Source of the DNA: an uncultured Chlamydiae bacterium
GTDB lineage: Bacteria > Chlamydiota > Chlamydiia > Chlamydiales > Parachlamydiaceae
NCBI GenBank assembly: GCA_963830365.1
Contig: CAWHMU010000036.1
Coordinates: 64,884 to 128,883, forward strand
Reading direction: 5' to 3'
DNA length: 64,000 nucleotides
The position numbers and the translations under genes are program-made. Shown in pieces: positions 44,344-54,236 of the stretch. Under the pieces are notes generated by a model. It made no database searches, was not told the DNA's origin, and was given only the letters and a program-made list of their open reading frames with translations. The first letter of the stretch is position 1, and every line of letters starts with the position of its first letter.

Positions 44344-45051
44344 TTAATTAAATAAATCGCCATTTAAGGAATTGCTGGAATCAACCTTGTTTTGCCAATC
44401 TTTTTGGTTAATCCATGTACCTGCAAATTTAAGGTAGTCAAAATACGTTAATTCATTTTCTTTCAAGTCGCATGATTCGCACATTGCTGGCAAAGCAGCT
44501 TTAAATGAATTATAACGTTCTAAGATAGCAGTCTCGCCTGGTATTGTTTCCTTGGAGTAATGGTTAAGCCATTTTCTAATAACTCCAATCAATTTTTTTT
44601 TGTTATTCCGATGAAAAGATATATCTTGGCCGGCTATATCAGATAACATTTTCTGATAGCGATATTCTTGTTTATCTAAAATTAAACAATTTTTGTTGTT
44701 TTGCTGACTGTCACCGAATGCTTTTGCTCCAAGAAAGAGACCCAATTCAAGAGGCATATTAAATCGCGGTAAACCTGAATTTTTGCTTAATTCGATTCGA
44801 GATAGATCATGAATCCCAAAGCGACACTCACGGATTATTTGGGTGATTTTTTCAATTCGCACTTGCCCACTGTCATGGACCTCTTTCGAACAGCGAGGGG
44901 CAAAGCCACAATCGATTATTGAAAAAACCATTACATTAAATAATGGTAAATATTTCTTATCGAAAGGGCAATTGATGAAGACCTGATTATCATAGGTCGT
45001 CTCTCCAAATATGGTGGGAAATTTAGCTGCGCCATTTCCGTTTATTATCAT
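44344..45051 (-). CDS. Hypothetical protein with N-terminal TIR-like / nucleoside 2-deoxyribosyltransferase-like (flavodoxin-fold) domain
   Basis: QVFINCPFDKKYLPLF ... ECRFGIHDLSRIE...LPRFNMPLELGLFLGAK follows the pattern (beta1 vF.s.pF; ..aDls....N.N...ElG.a.g) that I recall for TIR-like/NDT-like nucleotide-processing domains. The C-terminal ~100 aa is unassigned. Confidence 0.5.
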   Translation of the reverse strand: MIINGNGAAKFPTIFGETTYDNQVFINCPFDKKYLPLFNVMVFSIIDCGFAPRCSKEVHDSGQVRIEKITQIIRECRFGIHDLSRIELSKNSGLPRFNMPLELGLFLGAKAFGDSQQNNKNCLILDKQEYRYQKMLSDIAGQDISFHRNNKKKLIGVIRKWLNHYSKETIPGETAILERYNSFKAALPAMCESCDLKENELTYFDYLKFAGTWINQKDWQNKVDSSNSLNGDLFN

Positions 45052-45185
45052 TTCTTTTTAGGGTCTGATTTTTTTGCCACAGCGTTTTTGACTGCTTTTT
45101 TGACATCATCTAATCTTAAATTACCTTTGTGGGCTATTGCCTTAGGGATTTTTACAGTCCTTGTTTCTTTTTTCTTTTCGCTCAT
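45048..45185 (-). CDS. Micro-ORF (45 aa, Lys-rich) translationally coupled to the TIR-like gene
   Basis: My own translation: MSEKKKETRTVKIPKAIAHKGNLRLDDVKKAVKNAVAKKSDPKKK. AAGGAA SD 6 nt upstream. Its TGA overlaps the downstream ATG (ATGA at 45048..45051). It is too short to appear in the supplied ORF track. Confidence 0.45.
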   Translation of the reverse strand: MSEKKKETRTVKIPKAIAHKGNLRLDDVKKAVKNAVAKKSDPKKK

Positions 45186-45433
45186 ACTTATTCCTTATGT
45201 GGATCTATATTTTTTTCAAAAGCCGATTGTTTAATTCGGTCATAGAATCATTCGACGCAATTGTTCTAAAATTGCTCGCGGTCAATTATTTGGTCAATTA
45301 TTTCTATAATTGCTTCCTTATTGCTCACGATCGCAATTGATGTATGAGGCGCCCCTTTGCCACGGCAAATATACTGAGCATTAGCTCCATGACCTTTGAT
45401 TTGGTCGCGGTAGGGGCATCTATAAGGCCAAAA

Positions 45434-45865
45434 TTATGTTGATGAGATTTCTTGCTGGGCTAATGAAAATAGACAGCCACGCAATCTTGCCTTATCGGAA
45501 AGTTTACTGCTGATTGATACAACTCTACCTTTTGAAGGGATTTCAGAGAAATCGATCAAACAATGAGATGGATCATTTACAGGAGTATTTAAAGGATCTT
45601 GTTGAATATGTAGGTCACCGATTTCCCTGATTTCTCCAACAGAAACACCCCATACACCAGAAGATGAAAGCTTTCTTTCTTCAGTATAAAGCCTATAAGC
45701 ATCTTCAGGAGAGGTTTTAGAATCGCGATTGACTGAAAGTTTGTTTTGATCTTTAAGAGTGGGCCTAAAAGCCTGGCTTGTGATTCTCCCTTCCTGAATC
45801 CATGCTGGGTGAACTTGACGTAGGAGGATTTCGTCTTCATCATCAAAAGTAGATTGAGTTGTCAT
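45434..45865 (-). CDS. Hypothetical 143-aa protein (toxin-sized), second gene of a coupled pair
   Basis: ATGA start/stop overlap with the upstream 390-aa ORF. Conserved-looking blocks LLRQVHPAWIQEGRITSQAFRP, LSVNRD and DPSHCLIDF. No motif that I can assign to a named family. Confidence 0.6.
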   Translation of the reverse strand: MTTQSTFDDEDEILLRQVHPAWIQEGRITSQAFRPTLKDQNKLSVNRDSKTSPEDAYRLYTEERKLSSSGVWGVSVGEIREIGDLHIQQDPLNTPVNDPSHCLIDFSEIPSKGRVVSISSKLSDKARLRGCLFSLAQQEISST

Positions 45866-47034
45866 CTTAAACGGGTCTCGAGTAAATCTTTTAGAAAATG
45901 TGATCCTTGTTCTGGAGCTAGAGGGTCATCTAATCGTAATTTTTCCTCTCTTATTTCTTCTCTTTTTGTATGAGTTGCTTGTAAAATAATAGTTTTTGTT
46001 GTGAATTCAAATAAGCAATTGACTTCCCAAAATCCGAATGACCACTCGGCTATAACGCTGTTTTCAGGAGAGGGATAAACAAATGGTGCTGGAATATCTG
46101 CAATTTTGAGCAGTTTTTCAATCCACTCCTTAGTATCACATAAATCCTGACTGTCAAATGCCAACCCCTCACCATCCAACCAGCCATTTTGATATTTCGT
46201 AAACTCATCTATACGTTTATTAGGGTTAGGAAAATAGTTTGGTTCACCGTTTCTAAAAATGGCAATGTGTTGGAGGCGTTCGATTTGAGCTATTGAACCA
46301 TCGGGTTGATATTTTGCGAGTCCAATTAGAGTAACAGATATTTCTTCTTTTTTATATTTTGACGCTAAATCTCTTAGAACAGTATCAAAAGTATCGCTTA
46401 GTGGGCCGATAATACGCTCTCCATCTCCTACCACAAGATTAAAGACACCGCTTTCCACCTCGAATCCAGATATTGCACCACTCAAATAGCAAATATCTTG
46501 ATATGATTTCTTATTTATGGATAGGACCTGGGATCGAATATCTCTTGAATATATTGGTGCATTATTTTTTCCAGGGATTTTCAGAGTAATTGTTTCATCT
46601 TGTTTTAAATGCTGGCCAAAACGACCGAACAAGGGAATAACTTTTTCTGGAAAATCATTAATGCCCACAGAGTTTTGTTTCACTTCATTCTGAAGAAAAA
46701 GGAGTTGTTCATTGATAAGATCTCTCGCTTGATCAAATTCATCATTTATCCAGCTTTCTTGATCATAGCTCCTTTCAAAAACAGGCACTGTACTACCAGA
46801 CTTAATTTCTGCTACTCCAACATTGAATCTAGATTCAAATTTTTTCGGGATTCGCACTTTATTTGGATTGTTTTTGAGATACAACTCTTTTGCAACTGCA
46901 ACAACGATATCTAGATAAGCAGTAAGATCAGGAAGAATCGGATATGCTAAAAAAGGAGTTGGACCATCAAATCTTCCACCTTTCAAAATCTGTTCTAAAA
47001 ATATTTGCTTTTTGGTTGTCATGGAGTAAAACAC
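45862..47034 (-). CDS. Hypothetical 390-aa protein, first gene of a coupled pair downstream of hsdR
   Basis: Long uninterrupted ORF starting 73 nt after the hsdR stop. No P-loop, nuclease or HTH motif recognised. The C-terminal block NGWLDGEGLAF...PAPFVYPSPENSVIAEWSF resembles a widespread uncharacterised W-D-G-x-G ... P-x-x-(D/E)-G-S-I-x-x-E-W module. Confidence 0.6.
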   Translation of the reverse strand: MFYSMTTKKQIFLEQILKGGRFDGPTPFLAYPILPDLTAYLDIVVAVAKELYLKNNPNKVRIPKKFESRFNVGVAEIKSGSTVPVFERSYDQESWINDEFDQARDLINEQLLFLQNEVKQNSVGINDFPEKVIPLFGRFGQHLKQDETITLKIPGKNNAPIYSRDIRSQVLSINKKSYQDICYLSGAISGFEVESGVFNLVVGDGERIIGPLSDTFDTVLRDLASKYKKEEISVTLIGLAKYQPDGSIAQIERLQHIAIFRNGEPNYFPNPNKRIDEFTKYQNGWLDGEGLAFDSQDLCDTKEWIEKLLKIADIPAPFVYPSPENSVIAEWSFGFWEVNCLFEFTTKTIILQATHTKREEIREEKLRLDDPLAPEQGSHFLKDLLETRLR

Positions 47035-47107
47035 GCCTCGTTCTGGGTCTGAACCAGAGTTTTTGTTTATGATAGCCCAATTAATTTAGCAAATCAACTC
47101 AATAAAT

Positions 47108-50100
47108 CTATTTAATAGCCTCAGCTTGTTTGAGAACGGCATCAAGCGTAGTTTCAATAAAATCTTCGGGGTACTCGCGCTTTCGCAAAATTCGCCTGAT
47201 GGCGACCTTCATGCGAGCACGGGCGTTGTCTTTCAAACTCCAGTCGACAGTAATGTTTTGTTCTACAGTAACCAAGAGATCATGGGCGATTGATTTGAGC
47301 TTGTCTATAGTCACATATTGGGAGGCAGGACTAAGTTCGAGAGCTTCAAAGTATGCAAACTCTTCTTCAGTAAGACCTAGTTCAGCGGCACGTGTATGGC
47401 AGCCTCGCATTTGTTTGGCCATTTCGACGAAATATGAGATTGTTTTGGCTGCGTCTATTTGTCTGTCACGGTACTTTTTAATAGCATTTTCCAAAAGCTC
47501 TGTGAATTTGCGTGCTTGTGCTACATTCTTTTTAGAACGTTGTTTAATCTCATCGTTTAGGAGCCGTTTGATCAATTCCAGAGCCAGATTTTTCCTGTCC
47601 ATCTCTTGAACTTCGGCTAGGAATTCGTCGGAAAAAATAGAAATATCAGGTGATTTGAGACCGGCTAAAGCATAAATGTCGATTACTTCTTGAGATGTGA
47701 TAGCCTTTGAGACCAGTTGTTGAATGGCTGTATCGACCGCTTCATCTTTGATTACTTTAAGAATAGTCTTTTCTTTGACAAACTGCGCCTTAACGGTTTG
47801 GAAAAAGCACACGTCGTCAGAAATTTCCCTGGCTTCATCTGTGGCAGCTGCTAATGCAAATGCTTTTGATAGCTCTGAAACTAGCTTGATAAACCTATTT
47901 TTGCCCTCTTCAGTCTTGAGGATATAATCCGTCGCCATTGCAATGGCGGAAAGTCTGTTTTTTGAAATTTTGGACAAATAACCTGAATAGTCTAAACCCT
48001 GGAACATTTCGCGGATGAGCTCGAGTTTTTCCAGTGTGAGAGAGACTGCATCTGCAATCGGAATCCCTGTTTCCCCCTTATCTGAAGGAGAGTATTCAGC
48101 AAGAGCCTTTTTTAGATCCTCTGCAATGCCTAAGTAATCAACAACTAGCCCACCTGGTTTATCGCCAAATACTCGATTAACCCGAGCAATAGCCTGCATT
48201 AGATTATGTCCCTTCATAGGCTTATCGATATACATCGTATGAAGACAGGGGGCATCAAAACCTGTAAGCCACATGTCGCGAACAATTACCAGCTTTAAGG
48301 AATCTTCAGGGTTTTTTAGGCGTTTGGCGATCTCGTCTCGTTGAGATTTACTCCTGATATGGGACTGCCACGCCGTGGGATCAGAGGCAGAGCCGGTCAT
48401 TATCACTTTTAGGATGCCTTCCATGTGATTGTCATTGTGCCAGCTCGGACGTAGCTTGATGATTTGGTTATAGAGATCGACGCATATACGGCGACTCATA
48501 CATACAATCAACGCCTTTCCTTCAATGCGTCTCAAACGTGCTTCGAAGTGTTCAACAATATCTCTCGCAATTTGAGCTAGTCTTTTTTCAGCGCCTACTA
48601 GTACTTCTACACGTGCCCATCGAGTCTTTAGCTTCTTCTTTTGAAGTTCTTCTTCGCCTTCAGTAACCTCTTCAAAGCTTTCATCTAATGCTGGGCGCTC
48701 TTGTTCGTTTAATTCAATTTTTGCTAATCGACTTTCGTAATAAATGGGAACTGTTGCCTTATCTTCGACGGCACGATGAATATCATAGATATCAATGTAG
48801 TCTCCAAAAATAGCTGGTGTATTTTTATCCTGCTGTTCAATAGGAGTGCCAGTAAAACCAATAAATGAAGCTTTTGGCAGCGCATTGCGCATGTTTTTAG
48901 CAAAACCATCAATGAAGTCATATTGAGTGCGATGAGCCTCGTCAGCAATCACCACGATGTTATTTCGATTGGAAAGGGTGGGGTAGGTATCACCTTTTTC
49001 TTCAGGAGAAAACTTCTGAATCGTTGTGAATATGACACCGCCCGATTGACGATTTAAGAGTTGCTGTAGATGATTTCTAGACTCTGCTTGTAAAGGCGTT
49101 TGACGAAACAATGCCTCGCAACGGCAAAAAGTACCGTACAGTTGATCATCTAGATCATTTCGATCGGTTAAAATGACAAGAGTAGGATTTTGCATGGAGG
49201 GGTTTGCGATCAACTTACCGGCATAAAACGCCATTGTCAGGCTTTTACCTGAGCCCTGTGTGTGCCAAACAACACCAGCTCGTCGATCTTTTTCTTTTGC
49301 CGCTAATGTGGACTGAATTGCCTTATTGACTGCAAAATACTGGTGATATCCAGGAATCTTTTTCTCTATCAGAGTTTCTTCTTTATCACCACTTTCAAAT
49401 ACCACAAAATGACGGATTAAATCGAGTAAACGATCTTTAGGAAAAACCCCTTTGATAAGTGTTTCTAATTCTGGGGTGGCTCTTGAAGCTATATTTTCAC
49501 CGTCAACCGATCGCCAGCTCATGAAGCGTTCAAATTTAGTGAAAAGTGCTCCCAATTTTGCCGAATGACCATCCGAAATAATAAGAAGTTCATTGGTTAA
49601 AAATAATGAAGGAATGTCTTTAAAATAGTTTTGGAATTGTTGAAAAGCATCTTTGATGGTGACCGATTCTTCTGAAATAGTTTTGAACTCGAATACCGCT
49701 AGAGGTAAACCATTCAAAAAGACCACCAGATCTGGTCGTCGTTCTCTTTGCCCTTGAATGGTAAATTGATTGACGACCACCCAATCGTTTTGCTGGGGAT
49801 TTTCATAATCGATCAATTTGATTTCTTCGTATGCAATTCCACCTTCTGGATCTGTTTTTTCAATCGATATGCTATTAACTAGATGGCGATGCATTACTTT
49901 ATTGGATGCCAGAAGATCGAGAGAGCCTTCTGATAATAGACGCTTGATTGCTTCTTCAATAATAGGGGGAGAAGCCTTTGGATTAATGCGTTTTAGGGAT
50001 TTTCGCAATCTTTGTTGGAGGATCACTTCGCTGTATGAATTTCGTTCAGCAAATGATTCATCCGGAGCAATATCGGGACCATAGAGGATAGGATAATCTA

Positions 50101-50149
50101 GTTCTCTAAACCAGTCGAGGGCTGCTTGTTCAACTGTTTCTTCGTTCAT
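47108..50149 (-). CDS. hsdR: Type I restriction enzyme, R subunit
   Basis: 1013 aa. N-terminal nuclease-like region, SF2 helicase motifs ([10 protein letters not shown]; [10 protein letters not shown]; GFTGTP; motif [10 protein letters not shown]). Confidence 0.93.
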   Translation of the reverse strand: MNEETVEQAALDWFRELDYPILYGPDIAPDESFAERNSYSEVILQQRLRKSLKRINPKASPPIIEEAIKRLLSEGSLDLLASNKVMHRHLVNSISIEKTDPEGGIAYEEIKLIDYENPQQNDWVVVNQFTIQGQRERRPDLVVFLNGLPLAVFEFKTISEESVTIKDAFQQFQNYFKDIPSLFLTNELLIISDGHSAKLGALFTKFERFMSWRSVDGENIASRATPELETLIKGVFPKDRLLDLIRHFVVFESGDKEETLIEKKIPGYHQYFAVNKAIQSTLAAKEKDRRAGVVWHTQGSGKSLTMAFYAGKLIANPSMQNPTLVILTDRNDLDDQLYGTFCRCEALFRQTPLQAESRNHLQQLLNRQSGGVIFTTIQKFSPEEKGDTYPTLSNRNNIVVIADEAHRTQYDFIDGFAKNMRNALPKASFIGFTGTPIEQQDKNTPAIFGDYIDIYDIHRAVEDKATVPIYYESRLAKIELNEQERPALDESFEEVTEGEEELQKKKLKTRWARVEVLVGAEKRLAQIARDIVEHFEARLRRIEGKALIVCMSRRICVDLYNQIIKLRPSWHNDNHMEGILKVIMTGSASDPTAWQSHIRSKSQRDEIAKRLKNPEDSLKLVIVRDMWLTGFDAPCLHTMYIDKPMKGHNLMQAIARVNRVFGDKPGGLVVDYLGIAEDLKKALAEYSPSDKGETGIPIADAVSLTLEKLELIREMFQGLDYSGYLSKISKNRLSAIAMATDYILKTEEGKNRFIKLVSELSKAFALAAATDEAREISDDVCFFQTVKAQFVKEKTILKVIKDEAVDTAIQQLVSKAITSQEVIDIYALAGLKSPDISIFSDEFLAEVQEMDRKNLALELIKRLLNDEIKQRSKKNVAQARKFTELLENAIKKYRDRQIDAAKTISYFVEMAKQMRGCHTRAAELGLTEEEFAYFEALELSPASQYVTIDKLKSIAHDLLVTVEQNITVDWSLKDNARARMKVAIRRILRKREYPEDFIETTLDAVLKQAEAIK

Positions 50150-50157
50150 CTACATCC

Positions 50158-51459
50158 TCATATTATTTTTGAAACCAGTTTATCTGCATCCTTGATCCTG
50201 ATTTCGCCACTGATGAGTTTGGGGAGAAGATTATCCCGAATTTCAACGAGTTGTCTATTTTCAAGGATGTTCCCTGAAATTCGTTTAATTAATGAATTGA
50301 CGGTTGAATGGAATAATGAATATACGGAAGAAGTTGGTGAGATAGTATCTAAATCTAATATGTCATTTTTCCTGACTCTTTGATGGCTTCCAGATGTACC
50401 AGTTACAGCCCCGATCATTTTAGTGCGACATGATTCGCTCTTAAGATTCCAATAAAGGAAACTACACATGTTGTTTTGTTTAGGTAAAAAAGCAACAAAT
50501 TCTGTCGAGGAAATTGATCTACCAGGAAAATTGTCAAAGATCTGCCAAACTCTTGGTGTTATTGGATTCAACTTGGAAACAAGAATGGCTCCCGATGGCA
50601 AAATTAGTTTATTGCTTTTTATTGTGCTACCTAATGCTCTTGAAGGCATTTTACCTGAATCAAATGCAGGAATGCTATAAAGATTAAAGCTCTCATCTGG
50701 AAATTTACTTGGATTTATCGTGCTTTCTCCCATGTGTACGATGTCACGAAGTTTTCCAACCTTCCATCCCTTAGGAATTCTACCCAATTCAGAATCCTCA
50801 AAACTGTCAGGGAAAAGGGTAGCTATCTCATCGCTCATGCCATCAGGATTGCGCCCCTCTGATTTGGCTTTCACCGGATCGAAATCGATGAACCAGCTCT
50901 TGAAAATCGTTTGAGTAATCCCCTCAAGCGTTTCATTCATTTTGCGATTAATCTCGATCTTATTGTCAAATGTGCCAAGGATGTGAGCTATAGCTTTTTG
51001 CTCGCATAGAGGTGGTATTCGTAAAGTATATTGACCAAGAACTTGTGCATTTGCACCTGCTTGAGCAGAGCCTGTCTTTGAAGAGGCTACAAAATTCCAC
51101 CAATCTGCCGAACGCATTTGATACCAAACAAAAAACGGATCGGCAATCTTTTGATTAATTCTGAATCGGATTAAGTATGACGCAAATACTGTTGGCTCTG
51201 AGCCCTTATAAATGTAATTTTCTCCAGTGCTATTTCCGGTTCTAGCCACCACAATATCACCATAACTGAGAAGATATTTATCCAACTTGTTTTGAGTGAT
51301 TTCGCAATACGGAACGGATTGCCAATTAACCACACCATTTTGTATATCCGTTATGCGTAAGAATTTCGGACCCACTGGATTAGCATTAGCACTTGCTGTG
51401 AAACCATATGATACATCACACGCTAGATCAGCTAAACGGCGATATTGTTCAGTTGCCAT
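50158..51459 (-). CDS. hsdS: Type I restriction-modification specificity subunit
   Basis: 433 aa with two variable target-recognition halves. Each is followed by the conserved helical spacer (..[23 protein letters not shown].. and ..[18 protein letters not shown]..). Overlaps hsdM by 11 nt. Confidence 0.9.
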   Translation of the reverse strand: MATEQYRRLADLACDVSYGFTASANANPVGPKFLRITDIQNGVVNWQSVPYCEITQNKLDKYLLSYGDIVVARTGNSTGENYIYKGSEPTVFASYLIRFRINQKIADPFFVWYQMRSADWWNFVASSKTGSAQAGANAQVLGQYTLRIPPLCEQKAIAHILGTFDNKIEINRKMNETLEGITQTIFKSWFIDFDPVKAKSEGRNPDGMSDEIATLFPDSFEDSELGRIPKGWKVGKLRDIVHMGESTINPSKFPDESFNLYSIPAFDSGKMPSRALGSTIKSNKLILPSGAILVSKLNPITPRVWQIFDNFPGRSISSTEFVAFLPKQNNMCSFLYWNLKSESCRTKMIGAVTGTSGSHQRVRKNDILDLDTISPTSSVYSLFHSTVNSLIKRISGNILENRQLVEIRDNLLPKLISGEIRIKDADKLVSKII

Positions 51460-53044
51460 AACCCAGCACCTCTAGGTTGCGACGGATTATAGTATCAAGA
51501 ACTTTTGCTTCCTCCAGTTGCTGATAAAGCTTAGCTGTTAACTCTTTCATCTTTTCGTCAAAGGGCATACCTTCCTCATCCGATAGCTCGGTGCCAACGT
51601 AACGCCCTGGCGTTAATATATAGCCATGGCTTTGAACTTCTTCAAGTTTGGCGCTTTTGCAAAAGCCTGCAATATCCTTATACCCTTCCATAAATTCACT
51701 ATTTTCAGTCTCGACCTTCTCTCCCCGCCAAGAATGATATGCATCGGTGATTTGACTAACCTCCTCATCTTTGAGACTGCGATGGGTTCTGTCTTCGAGA
51801 AAGCCCAAATTGCGAGCATCTATGAAGAGTATTTCACCTCTACGGTCACGTAGCCGTGTATGCTTGACGATACCGTTGCTTCGATCCTTTGCAAGGAACC
51901 AGAGACATACAGGAATTGGCGTGGTATAAAATAGTTGACCAGGGAGGGCAACCATACAATCGATCATATTTGCTTCAATCAGAGCCTTTCTGATCTCGCC
52001 CTCACCACTTTGATTGGAGGACATGGATCCATTAGCAAGAACAAAACCAGCAAAACCGTTTGGAGACAGGTGATGTACCATGTGTTGTACCCAAGCAAAG
52101 TTGGCATTTCCCGCCGGGGGAACTCCATATTGCCAGCGGCGGTCCTCTTTAAGGCGTTCACCTCCCCAATCACTAATATTAAAGGGGGGATTGGCTAAGA
52201 TGAAATCAGCACGCAAATCCTTATGAAGGTCGTTGTGAAATGTGTCTGCGTAATGGCTGCCGATATGGCTGTCGATGCCGCGGATGGCAAGATTCATCTT
52301 ACAGAGGCGCCACGTCGTAGGATTGCTTTCCTGCCCATAGACAGAGATATCACCTACTCGTCCTCCATGTGCCTCAACAAACTTTTCTGATTGAACAAAC
52401 ATGCCACCTGATCCGCAACAGGGGTCATAGACCCGTCCATGATAAGGTTCGATCATCTCGACCAATAACTTCACTACTGCTTGAGGTGTATAGAACTCGC
52501 CTCCCCCTTTTCCCTCGGAACTAGCAAACCTGCCAAGAAAATATTCGTATACTTTTCCCAAAACATCTTTAGCGCGATGCTCCTTGCTGCCGAGGCCGAT
52601 GCCGGCGATAAGGTCAACTAATTCCCCAAGGCGTTGCTGATCAAGAGAGGGTCGAGAATAATCCTTTGGTAAAACGCCTTTGAGAGAGGGATTTTCTGAT
52701 TCAATCGCTCGCATGGCATCATCAACTAACTGCCCTATTTGGGCTTGCTTGGCATTTTGTTGAATATGGGCCCACCTAGCAACCTTTGGAACCCAAAAGA
52801 CGTTAACAGCTTTGTACTCATCGCGATCTTCGGGATCAGCTCCGGAAGCTGCGTCTTCTAGTAATTTCTGATGGTGTTCCTCGAAAGCGTCTGAAATATA
52901 CTTGAGGAAGATGAGTCCCAGCACGACGTGTTTGTACTCCGAGGGGTCAAGATGACCCCGTAATTTATCTGCTGCAGCCCATAGCTTCTGTTCTAAAGTC
53001 TGAGAATCGGAAGAAGTTTTCTTCCCTGTGCCTTTCTTTGCCAC
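51449..53044 (-). CDS. hsdM: Type I restriction-modification N6-adenine DNA methyltransferase subunit
   Basis: HsdM N-terminal domain ([26 protein letters not shown]), SAM motif [12 protein letters not shown], catalytic ILANPPFN. Confidence 0.93.
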   Translation of the reverse strand: MAKKGTGKKTSSDSQTLEQKLWAAADKLRGHLDPSEYKHVVLGLIFLKYISDAFEEHHQKLLEDAASGADPEDRDEYKAVNVFWVPKVARWAHIQQNAKQAQIGQLVDDAMRAIESENPSLKGVLPKDYSRPSLDQQRLGELVDLIAGIGLGSKEHRAKDVLGKVYEYFLGRFASSEGKGGGEFYTPQAVVKLLVEMIEPYHGRVYDPCCGSGGMFVQSEKFVEAHGGRVGDISVYGQESNPTTWRLCKMNLAIRGIDSHIGSHYADTFHNDLHKDLRADFILANPPFNISDWGGERLKEDRRWQYGVPPAGNANFAWVQHMVHHLSPNGFAGFVLANGSMSSNQSGEGEIRKALIEANMIDCMVALPGQLFYTTPIPVCLWFLAKDRSNGIVKHTRLRDRRGEILFIDARNLGFLEDRTHRSLKDEEVSQITDAYHSWRGEKVETENSEFMEGYKDIAGFCKSAKLEEVQSHGYILTPGRYVGTELSDEEGMPFDEKMKELTAKLYQQLEEAKVLDTIIRRNLEVLGYGN

Positions 53045-53307
53045 GATGGTGCTCCAAGCGAATGTTTATTTCGCACCCTAGCACAAAACTTGAAATCTTA
53101 TAAATAAATTTAAATAATTTCGGGGTTATTAGGAAGCAAAGCCAATTTCACAGCCAGAAACAGCACAGATTTCGGCTGTAAGAGCTGCAAACTATGGAGT
53201 CAAAATAAACTGACTTGTCTCAAACAGCACCCACTTACCTAAAAGAACGCCGTCAAAGGGTCAAGGCATAAATCCGAAAATATTTTTTTTCCAAAACAAA
53301 CCCATTT

Positions 53308-54174
53308 CTAGAATGTTCCTTGCAGCTTTTTCAAGAGAATAAGATTCTGAAAAATTGATTTTTGCAGTGAGCGCTCATACTTCAGGGTTTTGTCTGCATT
53401 CTCCGTTTGGGGGATTATGCCGAGCATGTAAGTGAGTTTGTTTGATGCGTCATTCTCTAGTTTTTGTTTCGTCAACTTTTGTATTTCTTCTTCGAAACGC
53501 TGATTCTGTTTGGTGTAGATCTCTAGGAGTTTGGCTGATATCCCTTTTGCATCGGTATAGCCGTTTTTTTTCAGAAGGGCTTGCAGCTCGTCAAAACTAA
53601 AGTCGCCAGAATAATACAGTTTTTTACTCTCTTCCGTCGTTAGAGAGCTGAACGACTTGGCGATCCGGTAGAAATCATCGATGATGTCGCTCTCAAAGGC
53701 ATTTCCTTTCCATATGGGTTTATCAAAGGTTACTTCGCCTTTGGCGAGGCATCCAAGATAAGACACATTCCAGGCAAAGAGCTGTTTTTTATGTTGGATC
53801 TCTTCATCGATTTTTTCATTGTTTTGATTCCCATGCGAATAGAATTCTTTAAGTAGTGATTTGACACGATGAGCGATGCTTCCAGTCTCAAACCTGATTG
53901 TGCGACGTAGCCTCCAAAAGTCTACTGCAATTTTTTCAACAAGCAAGCTTTCCATCTGATTACATGGAGATAGGCAGTCGACTAGGTTATTCAAAATTTC
54001 TCGATATTCGTCTTCGTTTTCATGCTCTATGTCGGATTTCAGGATCAGGTCTTTTGTAAAGATACCGTGCTTGATGGCATTTGTCGAAACGATCATCTTT
54101 CCATTTGCAGTCGTTGGACCTGTGGAAAGCAGGGCATTTTGGCAGTTTGATTCAATTTGTTTTTGTGTGGTCAT
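53308..54174 (-). CDS. Hypothetical island protein
   Basis: 288 aa. The N-terminal motif NCQNALLSTGPTTANGKMIVSTNAIKHGIF resembles a recurring N..NA..STGP.T..GK..S..NA.KHG leader seen in many uncharacterised bacterial proteins. The rest is coiled-coil-like. Confidence 0.55.
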   Translation of the reverse strand: MTTQKQIESNCQNALLSTGPTTANGKMIVSTNAIKHGIFTKDLILKSDIEHENEDEYREILNNLVDCLSPCNQMESLLVEKIAVDFWRLRRTIRFETGSIAHRVKSLLKEFYSHGNQNNEKIDEEIQHKKQLFAWNVSYLGCLAKGEVTFDKPIWKGNAFESDIIDDFYRIAKSFSSLTTEESKKLYYSGDFSFDELQALLKKNGYTDAKGISAKLLEIYTKQNQRFEEEIQKLTKQKLENDASNKLTYMLGIIPQTENADKTLKYERSLQKSIFQNLILLKKLQGTF

Positions 54175-54236
54175 TGTTTCCTCCTTTGAATTTCCGATTT
54201 CTGATTTCCCTATAGGATCGGAAATCGGAAAGTTTA

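Noticed and set aside
47035-47107. Hairpin TCTGG-GTCTGAA-CCAGA followed by a T-run between hsdR and the 390-aa ORF, considered as a terminator separating them
   Set aside because: The T-run follows the stem only on the + strand, where no gene is transcribed. On the minus (coding) strand the run precedes the stem, so it is not evidence against co-transcription.
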